Part shown: in pieces, positions 11,144 to 24,634 of the stretch | Layout of the letters: each line of letters starts with the position of its first letter | Numbering within the stretch: the stretch's first letter is position 1 | Source: Mobula hypostoma | Taxonomy: Eukaryota | Length of the DNA stretch: 64,000 bases | Assembly: GCF_963921235.1 (NCBI RefSeq) | Contig: NC_086097.1 | Location: 228,720,001-228,784,000 of the forward strand | Reading direction: 5' to 3' | Program-made: the position numbers and the translations under genes | Notes under the pieces: generated by a model | Told to the model about the DNA's origin: nothing | What the model saw: the letters and a program-made list of their open reading frames with translations, nothing else | Databases searched by the model: none

Positions 11144-13490
11144 AACATAGAACATAGAAATCTACAGCACATTACAGGACCTTCAGCCTACAATGTTGTA
11201 CCGACCATGTAACCTACTCGAGAGACTGCCTTGAATTTCCCTAGCGCATAACCCTCTATTTTTCTAAGCTCCATGTACCCATATAAGAGGCTATTAAAAG
11301 ACCCTATTGTATCTGCTTCCACCACTGTCTCCAGCAGCGCATTCCACGCACCCACCACTCTCTGTGTGAGAAAACTTACCCCTGACATCCCCTCGGTATC
11401 TATTTCCAAGCACCTTAAAACTATGCCCCCTCATGATAGCCATTTCAGCCCTGGGAAAAAGCCTCTGACTATCCACACAACCTCTCATCATCTTATACAC
11501 CTCTATCAGGTCACCTCTCATCCACCGTCGCTCCAAGGAGAAAAGGCCAAGTTGATGTCCCACAGTAAACTCTGTTAACCCTCCAGACTATCCACAACAC
11601 CCCCAACCTTTGTGTCATCAGCAAACTTACTAAATCACCCTTCTACTTCTTCATCCAGGTCATTTATAAAAATCACAAAGAGGAGGGGTCAGAACAGATA
11701 TCTGCGGAACACCACTGGTCACCGACCTCCACACAGAATATGAACCATCCACAACCACCCTTTGCCTTCTGTAGGCAAGCCAATTCTGGATCCACAAAGC
11801 TTGGATCCCGTGCCTCATTACTTTCTGAAGAAGCCTTCCATGAGGAACCTTATCAAATGCCTTAATGAAATCCATATACGCTACATCCATTGCTCTACCT
11901 TCATCAATGTGTTTTGTTACATCCTCAAAGAATTCAATCAGATTTGTAAGGCATGATGTGTACTTGATAGAGCCATGCTGACTATCTCTAATCAGATTAT
12001 GTCTCTACAAATGCTCATAAATCCTGCCTCTCAGGATCTTCTCCAACAACTTGCCCACCACTGAAGTCAGACTCACTGGTCTATAATTTCCTGGGTTATC
12101 TCTACTCCCTTTCTTGAATAAGGGAACAACATTTGCAACCCTCCAATCCTCCGGTACTTCTCCCGATCCTATTGATGATGCAAAGATTATTGCAAGAGGC
12201 TCATCAATCTCCTCCCTCATTTTCCACATTACCCTGGGGTATATCCCATCTGGTCCCGATGACTTATCTAACAAAAATTCCAGCATATCCTCTTTGTTAA
12301 TGTCTATATGCTCAAGCATTTCAGTCTGCTGTAAGCCATCCCCACAATTGCCACGGTCTTTATCCCTGGTGAATACTGAAGCAAAGTATTGACTAAGTAC
12401 CTCCGCTACCTCCTCCAACTCCATATAAACGTTTCCACTATCGCACCTGATTGGTCCTATTCTCACACGGCTCATCCTCTTGCTCTTCACAGACTTAAAG
12501 AATGCCTTGGGGTTTTCCTTAATCCTGCTCACCAAGGTCTTCTCATGGCCTCTTCTGGCTCTCCTAATTCCAATCTTAAACTCCTTTCTAGCAACCTTGT
12601 AATTTTCTAGTGCTCTAACAGTGCCGGGTTTCTTGAACCCTTCATAAGCTTTTCTTTTCTTCTTAAAGAGATTTTCTACATCCTTTGTACACCATGGTTC
12701 TTTCACCCTACCATCCTTTCCCTGCCTCAATGGAACATACCTATGCAGAACTCCATGCAAATATTCCCTGAACATTTGCCACATTCCTGCCATGCATTTC
12801 CCTGAGAACATCTGCTCCCAATTTATGCACCAAGTTCCTGCCTAATATCATCATATTTCCCCCTACCCCAGTTAAATGCTTTCCCAAATTTTCTGCTCCT
12901 ACCCCTCTCCAGTGCTCTGGTGAAGGAGATAGAGTTGTGGTAATTACCTCCAAAATGCTCTCCCACCGAGAGATCTGACACCTGACCAGGTTCATTTCCC
13001 AATACCAAATCAAGTACAGCCTCTCCTCCAGTTGGCTTATCTACATATTGTGTCAGGAAATCTTTCTGAGCACACCTAACAAACTCCCCCCATTAAACCC
13101 CTTGCGCTAAGGAGATGCCAATCAATATTAGGAAAGTTAAAATCTCTCATCACAACAACCGTGTTATTTTTACACCATTCCAGAATCTGCTTCCCTATCT
13201 GTTCCTCGATATCCCTGTTACTATTGGGGGGTCTATAAAAAACACCCAGTAGAGTTATTGCTCCTTTCCTGTTTGTGACTTCCACTCATACTGACTGATT
13301 AGCCCACCCCTCCATGATTTCCTCTTTTTCTGCAGCCATGACTCTATCCCTAATTGGCAATGCCACACCCCCACCTCTTTTACCTCCCTCCATGTTCTAT
13401 TTGAAACATCTAAAGCCTGGCACACTCAGTAGCCATTCCTGCTCCTGAGACATCAAGTCTCTGGAATGGCCACAATATCATAGTTCCACA
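11144..13490 (-). mobile_element. CR1 LINE ORF2 (APE-RT), frameshifted, with internal deletion near 11555
   Basis: GVFYRPPNS..DFNFPNIDW (APE); PEDWRVANVVPLFKKG..NYRPVSLTSVVGK; DVAYMDFIKAFDKVPH; tail CTATGTTCTATGTT. Confidence 0.95.
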
Positions 13491-14479
13491 TAAGGCTTCA
13501 ACCATTGGGCTTCAAGCTTTGAAGGCACCATTGAGGGAAAATTGGAATTGTGCAAGTTGTCAGAATTAAAGATCTAAGGTGGAATAGATTATGCAGACGA
13601 AAGGGGATGTAGGAATATTTATACATATAACATATTCCTTTGATCTACATTCGAAACAATATATTCCACATCAAAATGTCACATCTGTTTGTGAGATAAT
13701 ATACAGAAACAACATCCAGGCCATCCCAAATCCTGCATCTCACCTTGCATTACAAGTTTAGGGCTCAATAGTATGATAGAGCACCCACCACAGCCAAGCA
13801 CAGAGAGAGGACAATGTAGCTGATCACTTAGAATTTTAAACAGTATATTAAATAAGGACTTAACTAATTTTTAATATTTGGGCAAATGGTAGAAATGTAA
13901 AGCACAGAATTATTGAACGGAAGAAAAATAGAGTAATCTATATTGGCTGCTGTTAAACTGGCCAAGCATGATGAGGTGACACAATACCACTGCCATCCTG
14001 TTAAAAGAAATGAGATACATTTTAGTCAAAAACTTGCTAATACCATAATATTTCATTTGAGCGTCCTCACTGCGGGTAAGCAGGTTTCCTACCTGTTTAA
14101 ACTCATGCTGCACTGTCTAGAAAAATGGACTAGATGGTGCAGAGTGCAAGGCCTTGGAATGATCCAGTTTCCCTGGAGGCTGTAGGGGAGATTTGGTTGC
14201 TTTCGGCTGAAGAGCTACAGATCATTTCAATGAAAAACGATGCTTTTTTCTTCAGCCGCACTAAAATCCACTCCTCTGATTTTTGTTGTTTACAGGTATC
14301 CTTAAGTGTCCTTCAATTTTAGTCAGACTGCACAATGCTATTGCAGAAAGAATGTCATTAAATTTCTATTAAGCTAACCCTTCTCATTCTTCATGGTTTG
14401 TTTTTCAATAAAATCTGCAAAGCACAAACATCTGAAGAGTCCAATTCAACATCTGATTGAATTCTCATGTATGCAATAA

Positions 14480-15240
14480 ACAATTGTTGTAGCTCTATAA
14501 AACTGGTTCAGTCACACTTGGAGTACTGTGTTCAGTTCTGTTCGCCTCATTTTAGGAAGATGTGGTAGCTTTAGAGAAGGTGTAGAGGAGACTTTCCAGA
14601 GTGCTGCCTGGATTAGAGAGCATGTCTGAGTGAGCTAAAGCTTTTCTCTTTAAAGAGAAGGAGGATGAGAGGTGACTTGATTGAGATGTGATAAGAGGCA
14701 TAGATTGAGGGAACACCTGGAGACTGGTGGCTGTCTCTGAAATGGCTAATATAAGGGCGTATAATTGTATTTATGTATTTAATGAGATATAGCATGGAAT
14801 AGGCCCTTCCACCCAGCAAACCCCAATTCAATCCTAGCTTAATCATGGGACAATTTACAATGACCAATTAGCTCACCAACCGGTATGTCTTTGGATTGTG
14901 ACAGGAAACCAGACCTCCCAGAGCAAACCCACGGGGTCGTGGGAAGGACGAACAAACTCCTTACTGGCAGTGGCGGGAAGATGACTAGTGGAAAGCATGG
15001 GGAGGGGATGGGGAAGATGTCAGAGCTAGGCTTTTTACACAGAGAGTGGTGGGTGTGTGTAACACACCTCTAGGAGTGGTAGTAGAGGTAGATACGTTAG
15101 GGACATTTAAAAGCCGCCTATATGCACGTAAATGAAAGAAAAGTTGAGGGAGGGAAGGATTAGATTGGTATCGGAGTAGGTTAACGCACAACATCATGGG
15201 TCAAAAAGCCTGCACTGTACTGTACTCTTTTATGTTCTAG
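14480..15240 (+). mobile_element. CR1 3' fragment interrupted by a SINE
   Basis: CACTTGGAGTACTGTGTTCAGTTCTG...; resumes near 14988; ends GTACTGTACT...TATGTTCTA. Confidence 0.85.
14767..14980 (-). mobile_element. V-type SINE with CR1-like tail
   Basis: Reverse complement of the V-domain (GGACAATTTACAATGACCAATTA..GTCTTTGGATTGTG..GGAAACC). Confidence 0.8.
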
Positions 15241-15600
15241 ATTGGAACACCTGAGACTTGAAAACCCCAAGTATCTACTCCATCTGCATCAATGGTGGCT
15301 GAACATCTATCAAGGTCCAGCATCTGCATCATGCCAATCGCTGCATCTTGCACGTTTATACTCAATGCCCCTCATTATGGTCCAAATCACTGGGCCGAGA
15401 CTCTGTAAGGAAAATAACACTTGAGCTTGTACTAGAAACAAACCCAGAAAATACTGAAAATGTTCAGCAGGAGGTCAGGCAGCACCTTGGAAAGAAGATA
15501 AAAGTCAAAAAGTTGGTATCATAACTGGAAGCATACTGTAGAGAAGAAGCAAGTTTAAAAATGCCAAGAAAGGAAGGTGAGATAGAATGATCTTCTTATA

Positions 15601-16166
15601 CACACTGTAGCCACTTTATTACACACCTTCTGTACTTAACAAGGAGACGACTGAGTGTATGTTCGTGGTCCTTGGTTGCTGTAGGCTAGCCTCAAGGTTT
15701 GATGTGCTGTGCATTCAGAGATGCTCTTCTGCACACCTCTGTCATAAAGTGTGGTTATTTGAGTTACTGTCACCTTCCTCTTAGCTTGAACCAGTCTGGC
15801 CATTCTTCTCTAACCTCTCTCATAAGCAAAGTGTTTAACAAGGCACAAAACTGCCACACACTGGATTTTTTTTTTCTTTCTCACACCGTTCTCTGTAAAC
15901 TCTAGAAACTTATGTGTGCAAAAATCCCAGGAGATCAGCAGTTTATGAGATACTCAAACCATCCCATCTGCACCAATAATCATGCCACAGTCAAAGTCAC
16001 TCAGATCACAGATCTTCCCCATTCTGATGTTTGATCTGAACAACTGAACCTCTTCACTGTACCTGTATGGTTTTATACAACGAGTTTCTGCCACACGATT
16101 GGCTGATTAGATATTTGCATTAATGAGCAGGTGTACAGTTGTACCTAATAATGTGGCCATGAAGTG
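15601..16166 (-). mobile_element. Short non-autonomous Tc1-type element (short-TIR family)
   Basis: TA flanks; TIR CACACTGTAGCCACTTTATTA vs TAATAATGTGGCCATGAAGTG; minus strand retains a degenerate transposase N-terminus (DLSDFD.GMI...SIS.TADLLGF). Confidence 0.8.
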
Positions 16167-17439
16167 TATTTTACACTGATAGCACATTTTAAATCTGGCA
16201 ATTTAAAATATATAAACAAACTGAAAGTCATATCAATAGTTTTTGTTTAATAAACATTTTTAACAGATTCAATATGCTTTGAAAATTAAGGAGCCATGTC
16301 ATTTCAATGAATCTATTTTACTTAGTGTTATATTTTCCAGAGTGCTTTTGTTTATCTGCTTTCAAACTGAGCTTCATGGTAGAGATCCCCAAATGTGTGT
16401 AATTCTCAAGCACTTTCACATGAAAACAAAACTTAGTGGACTCTAGTTGTGTTAATTTGCTAGAAACTGATCTGATGTAACAAATCTAACTTGCAAGGTA
16501 TAAGGGTTAACTATAAAGAGGCTTAAATTCATAACTCTATTTTAGAATGATCCAATAAATAGAAAATGTATTTACAAGAAAGATATATTGGGGTTTTGGA
16601 ATTGTTCCAAATACTAAAACCTTTATCCATGGATCAGTAGTCAGATGCTTTACTAGTGAGTGGGATAATGTAGAATCACACAATAACCATTATGGATTCT
16701 GTTCACAACATTGAAGTTCAGCCATAAAATCAAATCCTACATTTTAAAATAACTAATAGGTTTACAGAATTGGTTGGGAGCGAGCAATCATATTATCCTT
16801 ACCAAATTCACTGTGAGACTTAGTCCCTAACAACTTCCCTACAGACGTCAATGAAAAGTAAAAAGGAAGAATATTAATGATGTCACGTATAATGTCAAGG
16901 TATCCAGAGCAGCACCTGCTTCAAACTTTGCTCAGTAGCTCAGCTACAATCTTTAAGAATCTAAACGCACATTCTTCACATGAGTTCTATTTTTTGTTGC
17001 ACTCCGATGAGTTGCAGGATTCGCAGTGCCAACTAACAGCTGGCATCGCTCGCCAGCAGTCCAACACGAGTTGCACAGCACACAGTGATATTCTCTGCAG
17101 GCAGAGATGCACAATCGACCCCCCTTGCACATGTATTATTACCAGACCATGCAGATAAAAGGTCAGCAATCAACCCCTCTTGAATATCTTTAGCACAAGT
17201 CATGCTGCTTATTGTCGATCATGCAATGAAGAGTGAAGGAGGTCATTAAGTCAGTAGGTGGCACATGACCCAGGAGTCACTGGTTAGCAACATCTAAAGT
17301 CTTTACTCTGCACAACAGATTCAGCAAAACTTGCCTCTGAACTCTTCAATTCGAGCTGGAGTCGGTCACTGAGCCCTCTCACCTGCTCTACCACTTAGCA
17401 AAGTCGTAGCTGTCTCACAGTGGATTCAAACCCTGTATT

Positions 17440-18237
17440 ATAGAACATAGAACATAGAATAGTACAGCACAGTACAGGCCCTTCGGCCCACAGTGTTGTG
17501 CCGACCCTTAAACCCTGCCTCCTATATAACCCCCCCCCCACACCTTAAATTCCTCCATATATCTGTCTAGTAGTCTCTTAAACTTCACTAGTGTATCTGC
17601 CTCCGCCACTGACTCAGGCAGTGTATTCCACGCACCAACCACTCTCTGAGTAAAAAACCTTCCTCTAATATCCCCCTTGAACTTCCCACCCCTTACCTTA
17701 AAGCCATGTCCTCTTGTATTGAGCAGTGGTGCCCTGGGGAAGAGGCACTGGCTATCCACTCTATCTATTCCTCTTAATATCTTGTATACCTCTATCATAT
17801 CTCCTCTCATCCTCCTTCTCTGCAGAGAGTAAAACTCTAGCTCCCTTAATCTCTGATCATAATGCATACTCTCTAAACCAGGCAGCATTCTGGTAAATCT
17901 CTTCTGTACCCTTTCCAATGCTTCCACATCCTTCCTATAGTGAGGAGACCAGAAATGGACACAATACTCCAAGTGTGGCGTAACCAGAGTTTTATAGAGC
18001 TGCATCATTACCTCGCGACTCTTAAACTCTATCCCTCGACTTATGGAAGCTAACACCCCATAAACTTTCTTAACTACTCTATCTACCTGTGAGGCAACTT
18101 TCAGAGATCTGTGGACATGTACCCCAAGATCCCTCTGCTCCTCCACACTATCAATTATCCTGCCATTTATTTTGTACTCTGCCTTGGAGTTTGTCCTTCC
18201 AAAGTACCACCTCACACTTCTCCGGGTTGAACTCCAT
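17440..18237 (-). mobile_element. Young CR1 LINE 3' end
   Basis: ORF 17508-18215 (QRDLGVHVH..LYKTLV.PHLEYCV..); near-identical to 2877-3397 and 56438-57208. Confidence 0.95.
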
Positions 18238-18376
18238 TATGTCCTACCCCGGTAAACCTTCACACCGTTGTTTATCAAGTACCAATCTACTTCTATTTTT
18301 AATATAGTCAAATACACCAGTCCAGCGCATTTTAAGGGAGACGGTTCCTCAGAATCACGATTCTCAGAGAAAACCT

Positions 18377-19125
18377 TAGAATTTCTTTAACCAGAGGGAG
18401 GTGAAGCTGTGGAGTTTATTCCCACATCAGCTGTGGAGACCTTCATAGGAAACACCTTCACCGCATCCTCTCTATCAAAGCCTTTCACCATTTGATAGGT
18501 TTCAATGAGGTCACCCCTCATTCTTCTGAATTCCAGTGAATACAGGACTAGAGCCATCAGACGCTTTTCATGTGACAACCTATTCAATCATGGAATCATT
18601 TTCATGAACCTCCTTTGAACCCTTCCCAGTTTCAGCACCTCAGTTTTTTGCATTTTCCCTCCATTTAGAAAATAGTCAACCCTTTCATTTCTTCTACCAA
18701 AGTGCATGACCATACACTTCCCAACACTGCATTCCATCCACCATTTCTTTGCCCATTCTCCTAATCTGTCTAAATCCTTCTGTAGTCTCTCCACTTCTTC
18801 AAAACTACCTGCCCCTCCAGCTATCTTCATATTGCCTGCAAACTTTGCATCAAAGCCATCAATTCCATATGCATATCATTGACATATGACTTTAAAAGAA
18901 TCTGACCCAACACAGACGCCTGTGGAACACTACTAGTCACCGATAGCCAACCAGACAAGGCTCCCTTTATTCCTACTCTTTGCCTCCTGCCAATCTGCCA
19001 CTGCTTTATCTATGCTGGAATCTTTCCTGTAATACCACGGGCTCGTAGCTTGTTAAGCTGCCTCTTATGTGGCACCTTATCAAGGCCTTCTCAAAATCCA
19101 ATTAGGCAACATCAATTGATTCTCT
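18377..19125 (-). mobile_element. CR1 fragment with internal deletion; 18377-18441 is inverted
   Basis: ORFs 18588-18830 (LQKDLDRLGEWAKKW) and 18387-18587; same subfamily as 50060-52832. Confidence 0.85.
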
Positions 19126-19676
19126 TTTCCTGACAAGTGGGGGTCACTCTGCTTGACAGGTGAGACTTATGGCTGGGAAGCAATCTCTGGTTCTGCGGCC
19201 TCCTCCATGGTGGTTGTAGGAGTTGACACTGGGACTGCAGGAAGTAATTCTGACAGATCTTACCACCTTTCTTCTCTCACAATTGCCTCTGCTCTCCTCA
19301 ACTGATCAATGTGGTGTCTCCAGATGATATCAGATGCGATCTCTACCGTGTAGGAGAGTGGTCCAGTTCTGTCCTTAATCTTCCCAAGTACCCACTTTTG
19401 ATCATCTTTGTAGTCCTTCAACAGGCTGCTTGTCCAGGATTGAAACATCAAACCTGCTTGTTTGAGGAACACTCATTTTGTCTCAGCTGTTTGTCCGGCA
19501 TACTCCTTCTGAGAATGGGTTTGAGGAGATCCAAGCGTGAACACAAGGGGTGGATGGGGGGGTATCCAGGAACAGCATAGCTGGTGAGTCGTTGGTTACA
19601 GAGGGTGCTGCAATATGACATGCAAAGAGGAAATATGTGAGCTTCTAGTTCAGTGTTATGAATATCATTTCCACAG

Positions 19677-20355
19677 GATTAGATTAGATTATGAGGACAT
19701 GCAGTTCTCTTTTATTGTCATTTAGTAATGCATGCATTAAGAAATGATACAATGTTCCTCCAGAATGATATCACAGAAACACAAGGCAAACAAGACTGAA
19801 AAACTGACAAAAACACATAATTATAACATATAGTTACAACAGTGCAAAGCAATACCGTAATTTGATAAGAACAGACCATGGGCACGGTAAAAGAAAGTCT
19901 CAGAGTCTCTCGAAAGTCCCATCATCTCACGCAGACGGTAGAAGGAAGAAAAACTCTTCCTGCCATGAGCTTCCAGCGCCGCAAACTTGCCGATGCAGCA
20001 TCCTGGAAGCACCCGACCACAGCCAACTCTTGAGTCTGTCCGAAAACTTCGAGCCTCCGACCAGCCCTCCGACACCGAGCACCGAGCACCATCTCTGCTG
20101 AGCGCTTCGGCCCCGACCCCAGCAACAGGCAATAGGTAAAGCCGAGGATTTGGGGCCTTCCCCTCCGGAGATTCTCGATCACACAGTAGCCGCGGCAGCA
20201 AAGCGGGTATTTCAGAAGTTTCTCCAGATGTTCCTCCGTGCTTCTCAAGTCTGTCTCCATCAAATCAGGATTGTGCACGGCATCCTATTTACAAATACGA
20301 TATCATTTTGGAAAGGCAGCGCGTGCTGCATCGCGCCGCCATCTTCTCCTCCTCT
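19677..20355 (-). mobile_element. Non-coding non-autonomous retroelement 'X', copy 1
   Basis: 5' AGGAGAAGATGGCGGCGCG; 3' ...AATGACAATAAAAGAG..CTCATAATCTAATCTAATC; collinear with 39317-39997. Confidence 0.85.
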
Positions 20356-21536
20356 CCCCTCCAAGGAGGGGGGGGAGGAGTTATCCTTTTTCCAGCATAT
20401 GTTCTTAGTTGAATATCTTCAGGCTTCAGTTCATTGTCTTTGAAATGCCATTCAAACTCATTTTGTGGAATGACTGAAACACCTGAGCCAGTGTCCAAAT
20501 TCCATGTTAATTAATTTGCTGTTCACTTCTGGTGTAAGTCATATTCCTTGCCTATTGCTAGCTCTCATATTGTGGATCTCAAGTAGAGTGTCACTCTCAT
20601 CATTATCAGATTTTATCATCAACAGCATGCAGATTAGTGCTCTTTTTGAAGCTGCTACTTCACCTTTTATCTATTTCTCTTCCATGCGCAGTCCATTTAC
20701 TTTTGTCTGCCCAACAAGCTCTTTGTATGTGACCTACTTTGTTGCATTTTCTGCAAATTTTGCCTTTAAGTTTGCATTGGTATGTGAGCCCTGCCACATG
20801 GTAATGCAATTTGCCCAGCCAGACTGTTTTCTGTTTGGATGTTGCAATTTTGTTCATGCTCACTTATTCCTGGCTTTTGCATCTCTGCCTGCTTTTTCCA
20901 TCGATACAGCTATTTCAACTGCTCTTTACACTGTAAGTGGTGCTTCAATTAGGAGCCGTTTTGAGTGGCTTCTTGTAAGATTCCACAAACTAAAATGATC
21001 TCTCAGTGCTTCATTACACCCATCATTAAACTGACAATGCTCAGACAAACACTTCAATTCAGCTACATATGCTGAAATGGGCTCCCCTCCCTTTTGATTC
21101 CACTTATGAAACCTAACACTTTGGTTTTGGTTCTAAACATTCCAGCTTTACTTTCACATATCAGCAAAGCTTATTTCGGCTGGTTTGGTTGGAGCAGTCA
21201 AACTTCTAAGCAGACTATATATGTCTTTCCTCCCAAAGTATTCAGCAAAACTAGTACTCGCTTCTCATTGGCTATTCCATTTGCTTCAAAATACTGTCCA
21301 ATTCGCTCAGTATGCACGAGCCAGTTAAACATTGTGCAATGCAACGTGACTATCTTTCTGATGTAGCCAGCTGTATCTGCTCTTTTTTTTTAATAATTAT
21401 TGTCACCTGCCAATCACTGTTTATGAACCCGTGAATTCTTCCATTTTCTGCCTTTATTTTAAACTCGAATGCTTCTTCCCTTCCAAGGAACACGTGCTGT
21501 GATTTTTGTTTCAGCTCAAATGTCTCAGTGCATTTT

Positions 21537-21645
21537 ATAGAACTTATAGAACATAAAAATCTACAGCACATCACAGGCTTTTCTTCCCACAATGTTGTGC
21601 CAACCATGTAATCTACTCTAGAAACTGTCTAGAATTTCCCTACTG
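21537..21645 (-). mobile_element. Very short CR1 3' tail inserted in the Gypsy 5' UTR
   Basis: Matches 11144-11245. Confidence 0.8.
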
Positions 21646-22867
21646 GGTTTTTTTTTAACTTGAATGTCTCACTATGCTTCAACAAGTAGGTAGTAGTCTC
21701 AGGTTCATTTAAAACTCCCCCGTCAATACTACTACGTTTTGTAACTCCGAAACATAAAACTAATTGAAATAAAAAACAAGAGAGCCTGAAATGAGAGTCT
21801 AAATTTGCTCTTACTTTACGCAAGGCACGCACATGTCACATGGTGGTGTAACAACGGATGTCATTTATGATGTACTTTTACATATAACTATGTAAACAAC
21901 AAAGAAAGCTTAATCAAACAATATATTTACAACACTGCTGTACTATTAAATGCACAACACATTGTACAAAGTAATCGATGATAAAAAAATGTCAAAGTCT
22001 ATTTCCACAACCATGTAGGTAAAATATAAGTATCGGTATTAATTGATGGCATCAACTTCAACAAGAAAAAGACGACAGATTCTCTGGTCTCAGAGTCAGT
22101 TAAAGTCACTAGTTTAGCGTCACTGCCGTGTTCCTTCAGAGTATGCTCCTCAAACTAACGCCACAGCTGGCACAATGGCATGGCTGATTTGGTGAAGATA
22201 GGCCATAAATTATGAATCTAGGAGTGTATCGATTCCCATCAGAATTTTCTTTCAGCTGTGCACACTGACATCTTCTCTTGAGGGAAGTCAGCCAATTAGT
22301 TTCAGCAATTCAGGCAGGGAAATCGTTTCGCTTCACACCCTTCTGCTATGTCGGCCACGCTATGATTACTCCCAACCCCACTGCTGTCCATTTGGGGGCT
22401 TAACTCCAGCAGCATCCTTATGAGGTAGCTGAGTGATTACAGGATGAATTTAGGCAGCCTTCATGCCTTCCTGCATTTCATCCGTTCCCCTCTTCTCTTT
22501 CAGCAGCATGGCCTGCCCATCTCATCTGACAGTAGTGTGCCGCTGGTACTCATAATACTCAATTTCAGAGCCTGTTTACATTTCAAGAGGAACTCAAGGC
22601 CACGGAATAGTGTGGGTCACTTTTTCTCTTCCAATTTCTGTTATTAATGCATTGTGAATCAATTTAAGGAAACTCACACAGGAGCTGATATTTCATTATT
22701 CATGGAGCCAGTAATATTGAGAAGCAGGATTTTCTGCACTTGGCCATCCACGGGGGTCAGACCTTGCCTGCAGGTTGTTTAAGAAAACAATAACCGAGAA
22801 CTTAAATATAAAACACTGAAACCAATGTTAAAGTCAAAGTTCACGCCTCTATCATTTATTTTGCTAT

Positions 22868-23106
22868 ATTGGCTACATTTGCGATGGGTAAATGTCTCTG
22901 CTGCGACTATGGTGAAGGAAACAGAGGTAACCATGACAACAACGAGCAGCCGAACAGGGAAAGTCAGCTTTAGATTCATAAGCTACCAACAACCCTTAAA
23001 GCGCTAGAGAAGCATTTAACGTCACTCTGGAACACGTGCCCTTCAATTTTACTGGATGCTGCTCAGTCTCTCCCTTTGTTCCAGCTAACAACTCAGGGAG
23101 GGCGTG
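22868..23106. promoter_or_regulatory. Candidate promoter/enhancer motif cluster (RFX X-box, CCAAT, CRE half-site, E-box, GC box)
   Basis: ATTGG 22868; GTAACCATGACAAC 22927-22940 (fits GTHNYY-AT-RRNAAC); ACGTCA 23019; CACGTG 23033; GGGCGTG 23100; all in non-repeat DNA. Confidence 0.35.
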
Positions 23107-23644
23107 TTTTCCAAACCTCTCAATGATTAATGTATTAGATTTAAACAGAGACCTACACATTCTTACTTAAATATCTTGGAGAAACAGAATACATACATCT
23201 TGTCCTGTCCTCATCTGCTTCTGTGTAGCTTCATTTTTCTGTCTAGCTAAAGATGTTACCTGCTTTATGATTTTGAATTTCTAATCAGCCCAGAGAAGAC
23301 ACCATGACACAGTGAAAACGGAAGCTCCTTTTCTTTTAATATGACAGGAGAATGTGTTTTGTGAAAAATATTTGCTGTGCCCCTTATCAAAGTCATGGTT
23401 AAACAAAGTATTAGCTTTTGAAACATCAGTAATCTTCCAGAAGCTGCAATGCACATTTGTCTCATGTCTGCTGTTCATAACAATCAGTGTTGTAGATGAA
23501 GGTTAGCTGGGCACTGCCCTTTCAGCATTCATAACGTGGTCTGTTGCAGGTCATCGTATATTGATGGGCTGTGAAAGATGGGGAGACTGCTGTACTTGTT
23601 TTCGTTTCCATTATATCTGTATCTGATTAATGCAGTTTTATTAA

Positions 23645-24234
23645 GGCCAAAGAAAGCACACCAGTGGCTAAACATTAGGAGTTTGAGGAGATTTGGTATG
23701 TCACTAAAGACTCCAGCAAATTTCTACGGATATACCATGGAGAGCACCCTAACTGGTTCCATTCCCCTCTGGTATGGAGAGGCCACTCCACAAGGCTGGA
23801 AAAAGCTGCAGAAGTTTCTAAGCTCAGCCTGCTCCATCATGGGCTCTAGCCTTCCCAGCACCGAGGACGTCTTCAAAGGGTGATGATTCAGAAAGGCTGC
23901 AGCCAATATTAAGGAACCCCATCTCCCAGGACAGGCCTTCTTCTCTTGCCACCATCAAGGAGGAGGTATAGGAACCTGAAGACAGACATTCAACATTTCA
24001 GGAACAACTTCTTCCCTTCCGCCATCAGATTTCTGAACAGACAACGAGCCAACACATTAACACAACTTCACTATTTTTTGGCGTCTCTTTGCATTACTTA
24101 TTTAACTTAATTTTTATATACAGTATATATTTATTATTGTAATTTATATCATTTTAATGTATTGAACAGTTAAACTGCTGCAAAACAACAAATTTTATGA
24201 CATACAGAATGCCAGTGATATTAAACCTGATTCT
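23645..24234 (+). mobile_element. Rex1/Babar LINE 3' end
   Basis: KKAHQWL.IRSLRRFGMS.KT..NFY..TMES.LTG.I..WYG; tail ATTAAACCTGATTCT. Confidence 0.9.
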
Positions 24235-24634
24235 ATATAGCTGCATTATCTGTGAATATTTGCAACTTATTTAAACCAGTATGAGTACAATGAACTAAAT
24301 GGGTTGCACTGTGCTGTCTGATATTATTGCAGCTTATCTGTAAGGATGCACAGAGAAACCATATTGTTTCAGGACTGCAGAAAAGCTGGTCAACAAGCGA
24401 TGTGCATTATGATAGATTCAGAGTTGGAAATGGAGAATACCAAAACAAACAGCATCACATATAAATCACATATTATAACATAGCTTTAAAATGAGAACAT
24501 GTGAATTGTACCATAAAATGTAATAAAGTTGCCTTTACAGCACTTCATCTACAACTTAAAGCCTAGCTCTGAACAACAAGCTATGTCAATCCTAAAGTCT
24601 TTGGACAACATGCATCTTCTATTATATATGACTT

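Larger units (their letters stand above)
19128..21959 (-). mobile_element. Gypsy/Ty3 LTR retrotransposon relic: 5' LTR, gag, protease, integrase C-terminus; RT/RNase H deleted
   Basis: LTR begins TGTTGTG at 21959. Gag-like ERIGQYFEANGIANEKRV; zinc knuckle CRKCNKVGHIQRAC; protease DTGSGVSVI; integrase end KWVLGKIKDRTGPLSYTV..WRHHIDQLR. Confidence 0.88.
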
